Positions 40,405 to 55,149 are shown, numbered from the stretch's first letter. The stretch is 64,000 nucleotides of DNA from Octopus sinensis (GCF_006345805.1 NC_042998.1:31930001-31994000); one strand, 5' to 3'. The notes: generated from the sequence alone by a model not told the origin. Made by a program: numbers and translations.

Positions 40405-41461
40405 GGAATCTATCGGGATACAGCCATGACTCGGTAATGAGAGTAATTTATACCGTATGTATGTGGATCTTTGTAGCTTTGCCTGATTGACGTAGAAATG
40501 ATAATAAAATATACTCGAAATTGATAAGAAAATTACAAACACAATCACAGATTAAATCATTAGATCATTGTCGACCTGACATAGGCACCTAAAATAAGGT
40601 CAAGTTTGAGAACAATGAAAATGTCATCCTCGTATAATGATTAAATATTCTACTTTGCCAAAATGTGAAGGTATTGTATAAGTGTGTGTGCGTGTGTGTG
40701 CGTGTGTGTGTGTGTGTGCTTGGTGTGTTGTGGTCTGTGTGTGTGTGTAATTTTCATAACTAATATAAATATATCTACATTCTACAAATATGAATATATC
40801 TACATAAAAAATGGTAGGTAGGTGAATGGATAGGTGTGTATATCAATGAATACATAGAGATAGAGATAGAGGGATAATACACAGAGAGAAACGGAGGCTT
40901 CAGGGTCGATTTGATTAACAAAAATCATATGCAGATGTGTTCTAAGTATAAATTCCTGATGGTATTGAACAGGTTATGTTTCCGACGGCACACCCACGGA
41001 ATTGTTATGATATCGTAGACATGATGCAAAACAATCGAAATATGCAGACACATACAAGTATAAACGCAAATAATTCCATATATGATGTGAGGTGTAATAT
41101 TACGATTGATTTGACTTCGCTATAGATTCTTTACTCCTACGCAACCAATAATCTCTGAAAGACATGAATATCAAACACCTCAAAGTCTGTTTACCCACAT
41201 GCACATGAACACACACACAGACACACACACACCACATGCACACACATGCACACACATACACACACAATCACTTTCTCTTTCTCTCTCAATTTTTCCTCTG
41301 TCTCTGTTTCTCTCTCACACACAGTCATACGTATGTATATATTCATAGTTTCTCCAGCGAAAACACGAAATCCCTTTTTTTATCAAAGTAGCTTTCAGTC
41401 GTGCCTTCCATACAATTTGCGTAGGGGGAAAATTATATATATATATATATGTATGTATATG

Positions 41462-41602
<141 letters not shown>

Positions 41603-41620
41603 ATATAATATATATATATA

Positions 41621-41740
41621 GGTGGCCTGCTCGCTTAGCCAGCGGGGTAGCGTCATTCGAAGGCTAAAACAATGCGAACGCATTGTGACCAGCGATGTGT
41701 AACAACATCTGATGGTCTGGTCGGTCACGTGATCACGTGA
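41621..41740 (+). repeat. Second copy of the 120 bp structured repeat (see 8270-8388)
   Basis: Same sequence, ending in TCACGTGATCACGTGA (41725-41740); lies in (TA)n. Confidence 0.8.
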
Positions 41741-41742
41741 TA

Positions 41743-41778
<36 letters not shown>

Positions 41779-42044
41779 TATATATAAAGGTATATATATA
41801 TATATATATATATAGCCATGTGTATCATTCATTATACAAATACGTCACGTAAGGCAAATTAACTGCGGGATTGATCCGGACGTAATATCTCCTAACCATG
41901 CAATGTGGTTAAAGTCAAAAATGTCGTAGTAGTAGACAAAGGTCGACCAGCAATGGCGATAAGAGACATATAAGCATTTCTGCCTTTTTAGGCTTCGTCA
42001 GTAGCATGTGCTCATCGTCAACCGCGGAATATCAAACCAGGGTA

Positions 42045-42120
<76 letters not shown>

Positions 42121-42600
42121 TTATCTATCTATCTATTTATCTGTGCCTATGTCTTTACCCTAACCCTCTCTCTCTTTCTTTATTTCTCTCTCTCTCTCCC
42201 TCTCTGTCTACGCTTAAATATTGAAATACGTAGACAGACGCGCAGATATATAGACCTTGGAAGGAATTGCGAAATTTAATGTTATCACTTGTGGCTTTGT
42301 AGTGTAATCCAGGGATTGGGAAAATGTTATAAAAGCGGTATAAGACCTTAATTTCGCGTTTGGTTGTGGTTTCAGACATTAGTAATTACATTGCCATGCC
42401 ACGTAATTACTATTTAGCTAATACTCTGCTACAGCTATCTCCATGCTTCAGGTTTAACAGGTGCTTAATATATCGCCGTTTGTAAGATGAAACGGAAAGT
42501 AGGCGTGAGTGAGAGTTGAAAGTAAATGGGCGTGTTCTGCTGCTACAGATATTTTGCTGGAAGCACATTGGATTCCACACACACACACACACACACACAA

Positions 42601-42675
<75 letters not shown>

Positions 42676-42741
42676 CTATGTGTGTATGTAAATGCAACTA
42701 GTTAAGTATGTATATATATGTATGCATGTGTCTATATATAT

Positions 42742-42775
<34 letters not shown>

Positions 42776-43210
42776 TTAGTCAAGACATCAAAAATTATTT
42801 ATTATCGTATCATTCTCATTAAATTCCAAACCGACACATGTTTCTGCTGGATATGTAGCGTTTATCCAGCAGAAACACGTGTCGGAGTGGTATTTAATTA
42901 TTATAATACGGTAATAAATAATATTGGAAGATTTCTAAGTCTGCATTCTTCTTTATGACCGTTAGAGTACATACTCTGTATGCTGTATGACATCTAATAA
43001 AGGGAACTGGGGATATATGTATGTATGTATGTATATACGTAAGAACGTACGTACGTATATATGTATTTATGTATGTATGTATTTATGTATGCATGTATGT
43101 ATGAATCTATATATCTGTCTCTGTCTTGTCTGTCTCTATCTATCTATACTATCATCTAATCTATCTATCTATCTATCTATCTCTCTCTATCTCTCATCTA
43201 TATATATCTA

Positions 43211-43261
<51 letters not shown>

Positions 43262-43270
43262 TATATATAT

Positions 43271-43450
43271 AAGGTTAATCCAAACATGAATACACAGAGA
43301 AAACACAACAACGCGAGGACGTGGAACAAATATAGTATTATTGGACGCTCAGGAAGAAGGAAAGAAGGAGAGATTAACGTTTCGGGCGGAGCTCTTCGTC
43401 GGAAACATAGGAGAAGGAAAGATCCAGAGAAGGGAAGACAGGGGAATACA
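43271..43450 (-). repeat. Second copy of the repeat at 8463-8636
   Basis: Degenerate hammerhead CCGACGA-AGAGCTCCGCCC-GAAACGTT at 43376-43402. Confidence 0.6.
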
Positions 43451-43455
43451 CACAC

Positions 43456-43513
<58 letters not shown>

Positions 43514-44041
43514 ATAATGGGAGAATAATACGGGCGTGAGTGAATTCGGCACTCCTTTATTTTATCTGTTACATATGTTTCAGTATTGGGTAATAATCTA
43601 ATGGTGTAACACAATAAATGCAATCCACATATGCTCTTAAAAGCAAAGCATGCATGAATAAAAAAACTGGACATTTCTGTAAATGTATTGAGGTATTTTT
43701 AAGGAAAAGAGTTTATTCTATCGCAGTTGCTCCCAAGCATTTTCGAGTTCGCCGCCCCCTTTGCACCAGGACCACATTTCTAGTGACCCCTCCACTCACT
43801 ACCATTCACATAAAACACTTTCTGCATCAAATTCAAAACAAATGTGTCTTATGAATAAAACGTCACCTAATTAACCTATTTCGTCGTTTTGACACCCATC
43901 GCCCTCTTTTGGCCACCCCCATAATGGACCCCACTTTTATTCAACTCACTATTGGATCTCGCTACCCAAAGAGGAACAGTATCGCCCACTTTCGATATCA
44001 CTGCTCTATCACCTATTGTATCGTATAGTATACAATATATG

Positions 44042-44395
44042 AGGGCGCGTGGCTTAGTGGTTAGGGGTTTCGGGTCATGATCGTAAAGGTTAGGGTTAGG
44101 GTTAGTGTTAGGGTTGTGAGTTCAATTCCCGGCGACTCGTTTTGTCCTTTAGCAAGATACTTTATTTCACGTTGCTCCAGTTCACTCAGCTGGTAAAATT
44201 GAGCAGTACCTGTATTTCAAAAAAAAAAGGACCAGCCTTGTCACATTCTGTGTCACGCTGAATCTCCTTGCGAACTACGTTAAGGCTACACGTGTCTGTG
44301 GAGTGCTCAGCCACTTGCATGTTAATTTCAAGAGCAAGCTGTTCCGTTGATCGTATCAGCTGGAACTCTCGTCGTCGTAACCGACGGAGAGCTCC
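44042..44395 (+). mobile_element. tRNA-derived CORE-like SINE with a (TTAGGG)n insertion in its head
   Basis: A-box TGGCTTAGTGG, B-box GTTCAATTCCC; 3' half matches 34038-34200. Confidence 0.85.
44090..44113 (+). repeat. Short interstitial telomeric repeat (TTAGGG)2-TTAGTG-TTAGGG
   Basis: Direct inspection. Confidence 0.8.
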
Positions 44396-44866
44396 TATAT
44401 AATATATAGTAGTCACTTTATAAAGCTTAATTTAATACTTTAAATCTCATACTGTATATAGGATGTATACACTTTAAACTAATACACACACGCATCACAT
44501 ATTCCCATAGTCGTTTCATACGCTTTTTCCCATTTTCCAAAATGACGACATATTTAATGTTAAGTCATATTGTGCTCTGTGCCATTAGAATTTTAGATAC
44601 TACATTATTGTGTTATATCATAATTCTCTAGAATATATTATATGATCATTTTACAACATTCTACTAAACAACACAAAGTTTTATGTTCACATTTAAATTG
44701 TCCGACAATTTGATTTTGACTTTCAGTTTCTCACATTTGGCGGAAACTTTACAAAATTTTACTCTGTTCTAAAAATGTATTGCATGTAAAGGAGTAAATG
44801 TAACTATCGCTTCTTCTCCTCCTCTCCTTCCTCCTCCTCCTCCTTCTTCTTCTTCTTCTTCTTCTT

Positions 44867-44898
<32 letters not shown>

Positions 44899-45091
44899 AC
44901 CATGATATATTCTATTTCATATATATTTTTCTGTATCATAGCTATTGTTTTATTTGTACGTTAGGAAAGCATACATATATGTCTAAATGGTATACACATA
45001 TATGTGCGTGTGTGTGTGTGTGTGCCTGTTTGTGTGCGTGTGCTTGTGTGTGTGTGTGTGGCATGTGAGTTCTTGTGTCTCTGTTATATCA

Positions 45092-45190
<99 letters not shown>

Positions 45191-45212
45191 ACAGACGTAC
45201 ACACACACACAG

Positions 45213-45283
<71 letters not shown>

Positions 45284-45378
45284 TCCGTAATAATGAAGGG
45301 TGAAATTAATTAATTTGGAATAATTATCAATTACACCAAGTAGTCTTCGGCATGTAAAAGCCTCATTCGAGGAAAATT

Positions 45379-45581
45379 TAAGTAATACTAAGCAATAAAG
45401 GGTTTAGCAACGAATTGCCTTACCACATACCGAATTTAGAAATAGCAGTCAAAGAGTTATAGCTATTTCTTCTACTAAAAAGGGAGATCTCAGAAGAAAT
45501 AGCTATAACTCTTTGACTGCTATTTCTAAATTCGGTATGTGGTAAGGCAATTCGTGCTAAAACCCTTTATTGCTAGTATTA

Positions 45582-45585
<4 letters not shown>
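45379..45585. repeat. Long inverted repeat (~95 bp arms, 18 nt spacer)
   Basis: Arms 45379-45473 and 45492-45585; inner 63 bp perfectly complementary. Confidence 0.95.
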
Positions 45586-45656
<71 letters not shown>

Positions 45657-45979
45657 TATAAATGTATATATATACAAGTAGCGCAGTTTTGGTGTGTGGC
45701 AAACGGTTACTTGTTTCCAAATCACAGAAAAACTATTTCTAATTAATATGGAACGGGAACCCTAGATATGTGTATTGCAACAGCTACTCTGTAAAGTGAG
45801 ATCCAGTTTGTAGAATGGAGGATGTGGGTATTAACTCAGGAAATACGGAAAATAAGATTCATGTAAATAAAATTTTATAGCTTAAATTCATATAAATCGC
45901 CAGCAATAACAGCGGTAGTTACAACAGCAACGGCAAAAAACCGGGAGATTGTGTGAAATCTGTCTCTTGAATATAATAT

Positions 45980-46450
45980 CCTCAAGTTTTGAAACTTTTA
46001 CTAAGAACCTTCAATAAAGGGTGAAGAACAATAGGCATTTTTGGAAAAAGACCGCCATCAAGAGTATAACAGATAAGCAGGAGTTTCTTCAAATCAATGA
46101 AACAGAAGGCTAAATGATTCGGAAGTGAAACTGACCTTGACAACAGAGGTGAACATAAACAATCCACTCATGGCATTTAACGACAACAAACAAAGATTTA
46201 AAGCTTGTAGACTAATAACCACCAATAAGATTTAAATTTGTAGAATAAGGAAGGAATTCTGAGACAAGGTTTCCACAAATATACCGCTTTATGTTAGAAT
46301 AACACTTGTATATGAAAGTTCCACCAGTATTGGCAATAAGAACATGTAACGGTTTGTACAGTCTGACACATCATTAACCAGCGAATAAAGAGAGTGACTG
46401 ATAATGTCCAGGTGTCAAAACAATAGCGATATTCGTTTGGCAGGGGAGGA
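45980..46450 (-). mobile_element. Highly decayed LINE RT fragment (jockey/L2/CR1-like)
   Basis: Faint remnants resembling SPANYRPIAL and PQGSVLSPxLFLxFINDL across frameshifts. Confidence 0.35.
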
Positions 46451-46636
46451 TGGGAATGGATATTTGTTATGCTTATTTGTTGATTTTTATATATTAGTTC
46501 CGTTATTTTCGGTTGTCCTTCATTTTAGTAAAGGGAAAATCTTTGACTGATTGACATTGGGTGTTTTTCTTCACATATAATCTCTAAAGTTTAGATAACA
46601 CTGAGATTATGGTGTCTAGTTTTGGGAGCTCCTGTA

Positions 46637-46683
<47 letters not shown>

Positions 46684-47008
46684 GGTGTGTGTGTGTGTGT
46701 GTATGTATGTCTGTATGTATGTATGTATGTATGTATGTATGTATGTATAGAAATTCAAAACTGCATATTTGCAACAGTAGAGGAAATAGTAACAATTTAT
46801 TAGATGACTATTCACACATCCTTCCCTTGCTGATCATATTCTTGATTTCAGAGGAGTGCATACATACATACATACATGCATACATACATACATACATACA
46901 TACATACATACATACATACATACATACATACATACACACATACATACATACATGCATACGTACATACATACATACATACATACATACATAATACGTACAT
47001 ACATATAC

Positions 47009-47043
<35 letters not shown>

Positions 47044-47344
47044 ATATAAATGTATGTTTGTTTTTCAATGCGTAATAATATGTATATATGTATGTATGTG
47101 TGTGTGTGTATGTGAATTCATGTGCGTGTGCATGAAGAGCACCATCCTAATCAAGTAAATGGAACCAAAGACGTATTCTTTGTAAGCTTAATACTTATCC
47201 TATCGGGCACTATTGCCGAACCGCTAAGTTACGGGACGTAAAGGCATCAAAATCAGATGTCAACTGATGGTTGGAGGACAAAACAGACAGACACACACAC
47301 ACACACAATATATATTCATATATACATATAAATATATATATATA

Positions 47345-47376
<32 letters not shown>

Positions 47377-47462
47377 GATATATACATAAATATATATATA
47401 TACATATATTATTATACATATAATATAGATTATATATATATATATACATATATATGATATAC

Positions 47463-47503
<41 letters not shown>

Positions 47504-47508
47504 GATAT

Positions 47509-47560
<52 letters not shown>

Positions 47561-50010
47561 ATTTGTATATATATAAGTTGAAGAATCTGATGTCGTCTCT
47601 GTTTTTTTTTTATGTGCTTGCGGTAATTGTTAGCTCTTTATTTTTTAACATACCGTATCAGTTTCTAATATTCTACCTGTTTTATATTGAAACTGACCAT
47701 CCTAGAAACTTACAGTTACCTCGTCGAAATCTTATGGCTACAAGATAATGAACAATTAAATCAAAACATAAATAATTATGCATTTACTTTTGACAGAATA
47801 ATGTGAACGCTAAAGGGTCGAATATACACACACACGTAATAATCTTCGAGTTTATTATTAAATTTTATTTCTACTTCAAAGTTTAGCTTCAGCGCATTGG
47901 TACGTTTTCTGTTGATATATTTTGTACCTTTTATTAAATAGCTGCTATACGTGAATCTTTTGACAGAAGATAAATGCATTCAGTGATATTGCAAATTTAT
48001 TGAAAGTTACTTCAAGTACGGTTATCGATCCCACACGTCATCTGATTATGTACTGATATCCTTTATTCTGAAAGATGGAAGAAAGCAGTGATTACAGAAT
48101 TCATGCCATCCCTCATTGTCCAAGTTACGCAATGAAAATTAATTGCATATACCTCTCTTTCGAAACCGAACCATTTCATTTCTTTGGGATCTCACGTTTT
48201 GCTCGATATTGTTGTAGTTTTGACTTAGCATAAAAATCCTATATGTTTAGGAGAAGAGAACTTACATGTCAGGATGTTTATTAATTTCGCAAGATATCGG
48301 AGACGTGAGAGTAATGGAATTGTTTCAATTAGGGATTGGATCACTGACGGAAACTTGATTTCTCTGTCGATTACCCCCTTACTTGACAGATTTGAATGCA
48401 ACTTTGATACAGGTATGGGAAAACGATTTTCTTTTTCTTTTCTCTGACTCAAACGCCATCAAATATTGTAGGGGCCTGAAAGAATATTAATGAGTTGTAG
48501 GTATGTGGTATTTTGTTGGGCAACCATGATATGCTATCAAGTATATTGAATGTTTTTATAAATCAATACTGTGTTCTACTGTGTTAGCAGTGCTTTTTAC
48601 ATTATTTTTGTTCAGGTTCTTTCAACACATATTCCATAGAAGTTAAAGACAGCACTGATTTTTTCGTTGCAACGTTTCGAATCGAAACGTCAGATATAAA
48701 CGATCGAATATAAGCCATATTTCGGGGCTCTTTTCCCCATTCACCAGCACCCATCTAACTTATTCTCGCATCCGAACACAGCGGTGTTAAATTATTGCAT
48801 ATATCAATTTACATATTAAACGTATTCCCGGAACTGCTACCTAAATATTAATAAGTTGTAGGTACGTGGTATTTCGTTTTGTAAGTGAACACCTCGTCCT
48901 GCTGTGTTAGCAGTGCGATTTTGCATTACTTATTAAGGTTATCCCTACAGATATTTCATAGAAATTATAGCCAGCACTATAAGGATTGTTTTTTGCTATA
49001 ACGTATCGAGACACCAGATGTAACAACAATGAAATCGAAGACAAAAATGGGTAATGAGCGTATATGCCATATTTCGGGTGTTTTACTTCTGCCGTATCGA
49101 TACGAAACGTCGCAGCAACAAAAAATCAGTGCTCGGTATAATTCCTATAGAATAACTGTATAAATAACCTTAACAAAATAATGAAATAATATTGTGTGAA
49201 ACTCCCTTTAGTAAGTGTATTAACCGCTTAAATACAGTGAAGTTGTCCTTCATGCCAGAGATTATAATGGATCACAAATCCAGATTCGTCATGGTTTATA
49301 TTTTCGATAAACGAAATTGAGTTCTCTTCAAGATAAAATATTCATCGGGTGTTCAGTTTACTGCAGAATGTAGACAATATGGTGGCTTCTTTACCATATC
49401 AATTACTGAACGTTAAAATCGTATTAAAATTGCACCGCTATTTATGGAAAGTTTAATTAATCAAAATTCTCGCAGCAATAATGTGTTTTAAATTGTAATC
49501 ATAAATATTGGTTTCTCAACATTAGCCATAGTAACCAAAAAGCATTTACGCATTTCACATTGTGAGTAAAATTAAGACAGGTCGAATTTGCACTTCGTGA
49601 TATCGGAATCGATGCAATACGGACTAGGGTCAAGTTTGCTTCTTCCCAAAAAAACCTGTCCAAGTGTTTCTGTTTTATAGGTACAGTATTGATTTACCCG
49701 AATCTTTGATTCCAAGAGTTTAATGTGTTTTGCAGTCAAGGTGTGGTCACCTTAGTCAACATACTCTAAATTAAACAAATATTAAATTCACTTAAATAAT
49801 TAAATAAGTACAGGTACTTGAACATTTGTGTAAATGATCCAAGTTTATTAAATCTGTACTTTACTAAGTACTAGAATGCCGTGCAAGGTGCCAGTAAACC
49901 AACCTGGCAGATGGGGGTTTAGCAGTTGGTGTTAGTAAATTAATGCAGATTACAGGACGTTCTCGTCCATCAATGTCCGTAAAAGTTGGTGTTATATCTG
50001 AATACTAATA

Positions 50011-50227
50011 TTCTTTTCTACTCCAGGCACAAGGCCCTAAATTTTGGGGGAGGGTGCCAGTCGATTAGATCGACCCCAGTACGAAACTGGTATTTAATTT
50101 ATCGATCCCGAAAGGATGAAAGGCAAAGTCAACCTCGGCGAAATTTGAAATCAGAGCGTAAAAGACAAATGAAATACCGCTAAGCATTTTACCCGGCGTG
50201 CTAACGTTTCTGCCAGCTCGCCATCTT
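50011..50227 (-). mobile_element. SINE monomer with alternative tail (CTAGGCACAAGGCCC type)
   Basis: Head, B-box and core match; shares its flank with 52418-52815. Confidence 0.85.
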
Positions 50228-50950
50228 GTCCAACTTCTATATTATTACTTGAATGTTCAAATGCAACGTTTCGGCCAGGTTGCCGACTTCACCTGAATAC
50301 CAATATTGCGGCACTATGTGACGACAGTTAGCAACAGGTAAGCACAGGTGAAAGTGTAATAACAGTTGAAATCACAACTGCTAATTCAAAACCCTTAGCA
50401 TAAACACTTCCAACATACAAACTTTCTTTCAAAATTATGGGGAACATGGATGTCTTAAGGAACACATAAATTCACAGCTATTCATATTGTAATAATCTGT
50501 GTATGAGATGCTAGAGACAGTTGGAAAGCAGGCCAGATGTTCTACATCTCATTGCCAATTCAATTCATACAGATGAAGCATCATTACTTTCCATTTTTCT
50601 GAGGTGGAGATCAATAACGTTAAAGCCAATAGTATACCAAGATTGTATCAATTGGCACATAATCTTATAGTTTGTGACTGAAACCCTAGCTAATACAGGA
50701 CTTCAATAGGCTTGGCCACGGACTCTGATATACCGCTAAGTCGCTCACCTGTATAAGCATATAGGTATGTATGCATGTATGTATGTATGTATGTATGTGT
50801 GTATGTATGTATGTATGTATATATGTATGTGTGTATGTATGTGTGTATGTATGTATGTATGTGTGTATGTATGTATGTGTGTATGTATGTATGAATGTAT
50901 GTATGTTTGTATGTATATGTGTGTGCATGTATGTATGCATATACGTATGT

Positions 50951-51354
50951 ATTCTTTTATTCTTTTACTTGTTTCAGTCATTTGACTGTGGCCATGCTGG
51001 TCGAGCAAATCGACCCCAGAGCTTATTCTTTGGAAGCCTAGTAATTATTTTATCGGTCTCTTTTGCCGAACCGCTATTTACGGGGACGTAAACACTCCAG
51101 CATCGGTTGTCAAGCGATGCTGGGTTGACAAACATAGACACACAAACATATACACACACATACATATATATATACATATATACATATATACAACGGGCTT
51201 CTTTCAGTTTCCGTCTACCAAATCCACTCACAAGGCTTTGTTCGGCCCGAGGCTATAGTAGAAGACACTTGCCCAAGGTGCCACGCAGTGGGATTGAACC
51301 CAGGATCATGCGGTTGGTAAGCAAGCTACTTACTAAACAGCCACTCCTTCGCCT
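50951..51354 (-). mobile_element. SINE (family of 6714-7138)
   Basis: Head at 51354, 3' stem-loop tail at 50951-51000. Confidence 0.85.
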
Positions 51355-52417
51355 AGGTATGTATTTATGTATATACGTATGTATGTAAGTATGTACGTAT
51401 GTCTGTCTGTATGTATGTATGTATGTATGTATGTTATGTATGTATGTATGTATGTATGTATGTTATGTATGTATGTATGTATGTATGTACGTACGTACGT
51501 GTTTAGGTGTATACATACATACTTGTTGTCAAAACATTTGCTATCAAAATAATCCATTTCATTCTCTTTCTTTGTGAGAAACAATTATAACCACGAATCA
51601 CTTCAACATCGCACAAGCAAATTTATTTAAATAATGTATGACTTTTGAAGAGAGTAGTTAAAAAGAAAATCATGTCTATTTTTTTTTACATTTCTTTGTT
51701 TCAACACACGCAGTTAGAAAACATATGCCGAGCTCAGCGTAATGTGAACGCACAATAACCGAGTAACAGAAAGCACAAAACAAAGCAATCAGCGTATTGA
51801 TCAATTGTCACATCCCAGCAGTTAGTTATTATATAACATATAACAGCGTCGACAATATGACGTTCTAACCAGAGTTTACAGCATTACAGCACACGTTAAA
51901 GTGACATTGTAACAATAGTTCTAATCACAATTGGGTCCCATATTGGAAGCATTATTCTGTTATAATAGAAGCAGATAAGAAAACAAAACGCAAATAGCAG
52001 GTTCTTGGAATTAATTGTAAGATTGAAATGTATCTTATGAATTGAAACATTAAAATGCTACAAGAACTTCATGCATTTCCGAATGCTTAATGTAAATAAG
52101 TGTAAGAAAAATGTTTACGCTGCATTCCGCTCCTATTCACACACAGCCTTTCCTTTCTGAATGCTGTTATAGCTTTTAAAAATTCACACTCATAAATGAG
52201 TATACAACAATCATGAAATACCTTCAGTTATTATAACTGAATAATACATGTAAATATTCGCACAAACCCTCAAACGCCACGTAGCGTTCTAAGAGAATAC
52301 TGCACATACGCAAAGTTAAAAGCACAAATATCTATAACAATATTTCTCTTAAGCCTGGAGTAAACGATAAAACATTATTTCAAATTCTTTGCTAACCTTT
52401 CGTTCAACTTCTATATT

Positions 52418-52815
52418 CATTTCTACACTAGGCACAAGATCCGAAATTTTGGGGAAAGGGGCCAGTCGATTGGATCGACCATAGTACGCAACTAGTACTT
52501 AATTTACTGGCCCCGACAGGATGAAAGGCAAAGTCGACCTCGGCGGAATTTGAAATCACAACGTAGCGGCAGGCGAAATACCTATTTCTTTACTACCCAC
52601 AAGGGGCTAAACACAGAGAGGACAAACAAGGACAGACAAACGGATTAAGTCGATTATATCGACCCCAGTGCGTAACTGGTACTTATTTAATCGACCCCGA
52701 AAGGATAAAAGGCAAATTCGACCTCGGCAGAATTTGAACTCAGAACGTAGCGGCAGACGAAATACCGCTAAGCATTTCGCCCAGCGTGCTAACGGTTCTG
52801 CCAGCTCGCCGCCTT
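52418..52815 (-). mobile_element. Dimeric SINE
   Basis: Two cores; 16-bp TSD with 1 mismatch, GTTCAACTTCT(A/C)TATT (52402-52417, 52816-52831). Confidence 0.9.
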
Positions 52816-53746
52816 GTTCAACTTCTCTATTATTACTTGAATGTTCAAATGCAATGTATAGAAATATTTTAGCAACAAGTTTACCACTTTTATGCTTAGA
52901 GTTACATCTATTACTTTCTTTTACAAAGTTTGTTCACAGTCATACATGCTTGTAGTTTGTTGAAGATAAAGCGATTAGACATTTTCTTGTAATATACTAA
53001 TGGAGCAAGTTTAATTCCTGTCTTCTTCTTATTTTTTAATGAGTAGCATTAATTTTCTGTCATGTTTCTTAGACTTATCGTCAGTCATGAGTGTTCGGAT
53101 AAATATCATTGTTAGGGGCCATACACCGCATAAATTCAATTGTAAACACGCACATTGTTAACTCCATGTTTTTTAACTGTTTCTTTGAATATTACATATA
53201 CCTCACTTTCTCATCGACTGATAATGCATCAACCACAAGAATCCAGAACACAAACAACATTATGAAAACACTGATAGCGAACACAAGTGATATAAAAATG
53301 TCAACAAAGACAATCTATGAGATTAGCGATGTAACCGTATTAACAGCAAAGTACGTTGTGTTCATCCTAGTAAAATCCTATTAACAGACGCTACAACTAA
53401 AGCATTTCTTTTAATGCTGAAAGAATAATTTTGACAACGATGAAAACATTTGAAGTCCGGTGATAACAAATTAGTAAGAAGCAAGTATTTGAAGATGCTC
53501 GCCTAATTAAATAACAACATAGCAGTGAAAACATTCTAATAATAATATTTTCCTGAAGATTAGACTGGAAAATTCTAAACATGCATTTTTGGACCAAAAA
53601 GTGTACAGTTCCAGCATAAACATACTAATAAAACATCTTAAGTGTGGCATACACCGGTTGGTAATATACATACATACATATATACATACATACATACATA
53701 CACACACACATACATACATACATACATACATACATACATACATACA

Positions 53747-53777
<31 letters not shown>

Positions 53778-54135
53778 GTACGTGCATATATATATATATA
53801 TATATATATATTATTCAAAGAAATTCCAATTCTGTTTTTTATATTTTATTTATATTCTTTATAATATTAATGTAGAATATAGAATATATAGTATAAATAG
53901 TATATATAGTAAAATGAAATGAAGTATTGATTGTCTTATTGAATAGATGAAATATTGAATATCAAATATTAAGGGACTAGTATACTTTCTTGCATTATAG
54001 CAGTCTTCAAGGTCCCAGGTTGTGACAGGAGTCACACACACACACACAGAAACACACATACACACACACGCACACACACACACACACACACACTCACACA
54101 CACGCACACACACACACACACATATACATATATAT

Positions 54136-54575
54136 AAGCTTCCAATTATCATAACAGCTTCGGCGTGTTACACTTGAGACTGCTCGAAATTGGTAGGACC
54201 CAAAAATCTAAGCTAAGAGCATTAAAGTTTTGGAAGAAAGCAAACGAATGTGTACAACACAGACAAACAGTACGAGAAAACGGAGAAAATGTTGTTACAC
54301 GATTACAAATAGAAACAACAAGAGAGTAAAAACAGGTGTGTTTCGACTAATAAGTTAAGCTTGCGAGTGGAGTGAAAGCCTTGACGCAAAAAATTTTATG
54401 CTCTTGCCAATTTTGAACAGTCTCAAGTGTAACGGGCCGAAACTGTAATGATAATTAGAAGCTTGACTGATGAATAGAGGACGACGAATGATCCGTCCTG
54501 GTTTTTCCTGCCGGTCTTTGTAAGTCTATCTGTCCGTATCTTTTTATTGTCAACCGTTACGTTTTTATTCCGATT
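54136..54575. repeat. Repeat with internal 58 bp inverted arms (family of 11211-11570)
   Basis: Arms 54136-54193 and 54407-54464, 7 mismatches. Confidence 0.7.
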
Positions 54576-54595
54576 TTTTTTGCATATATATATAT

Positions 54596-54634
<39 letters not shown>

Positions 54635-55149
54635 GGGAGAGAGAGAAAGGGAGAGAGAGAGGAGGAAAACAGACTGATAGGTTGATATATATATATAAAT
54701 GCATGTATGAAAGTGTATTACGCATCTACAGCTGCTATAATGAACTATAAAAATATAAACACTTCCCTGCTGTGATTTCGATATTTGATAAATATATTAT
54801 GGAGGTGAGGAGGGGTCTCTTGACGGACCGATTCACGTATTGTCGATCGCTTCCCAGAGAAGATGTACTCAATCTTCGAATCCAGTCCACCAGTTGAAAA
54901 CACAGAGGATCGAACAAATGTAGAAAGCAAGCTTGAATTATGCTAATACCATAACTGAATATATATTCAGAATATATATATTTGTGATGTTAGGCGATTC
55001 ATCTTTAACCAGATGCTATTTTCTGAACACAGCGTAAATCAGAAGTACAGAAATATATGTATATGACAGGAAACATTAGCTGTGCTAAGAAAGTGTAAGA
55101 ATGTAAGGATGCGTAATACACTCTTTCTATACTTTTGATGAATGGTTTC

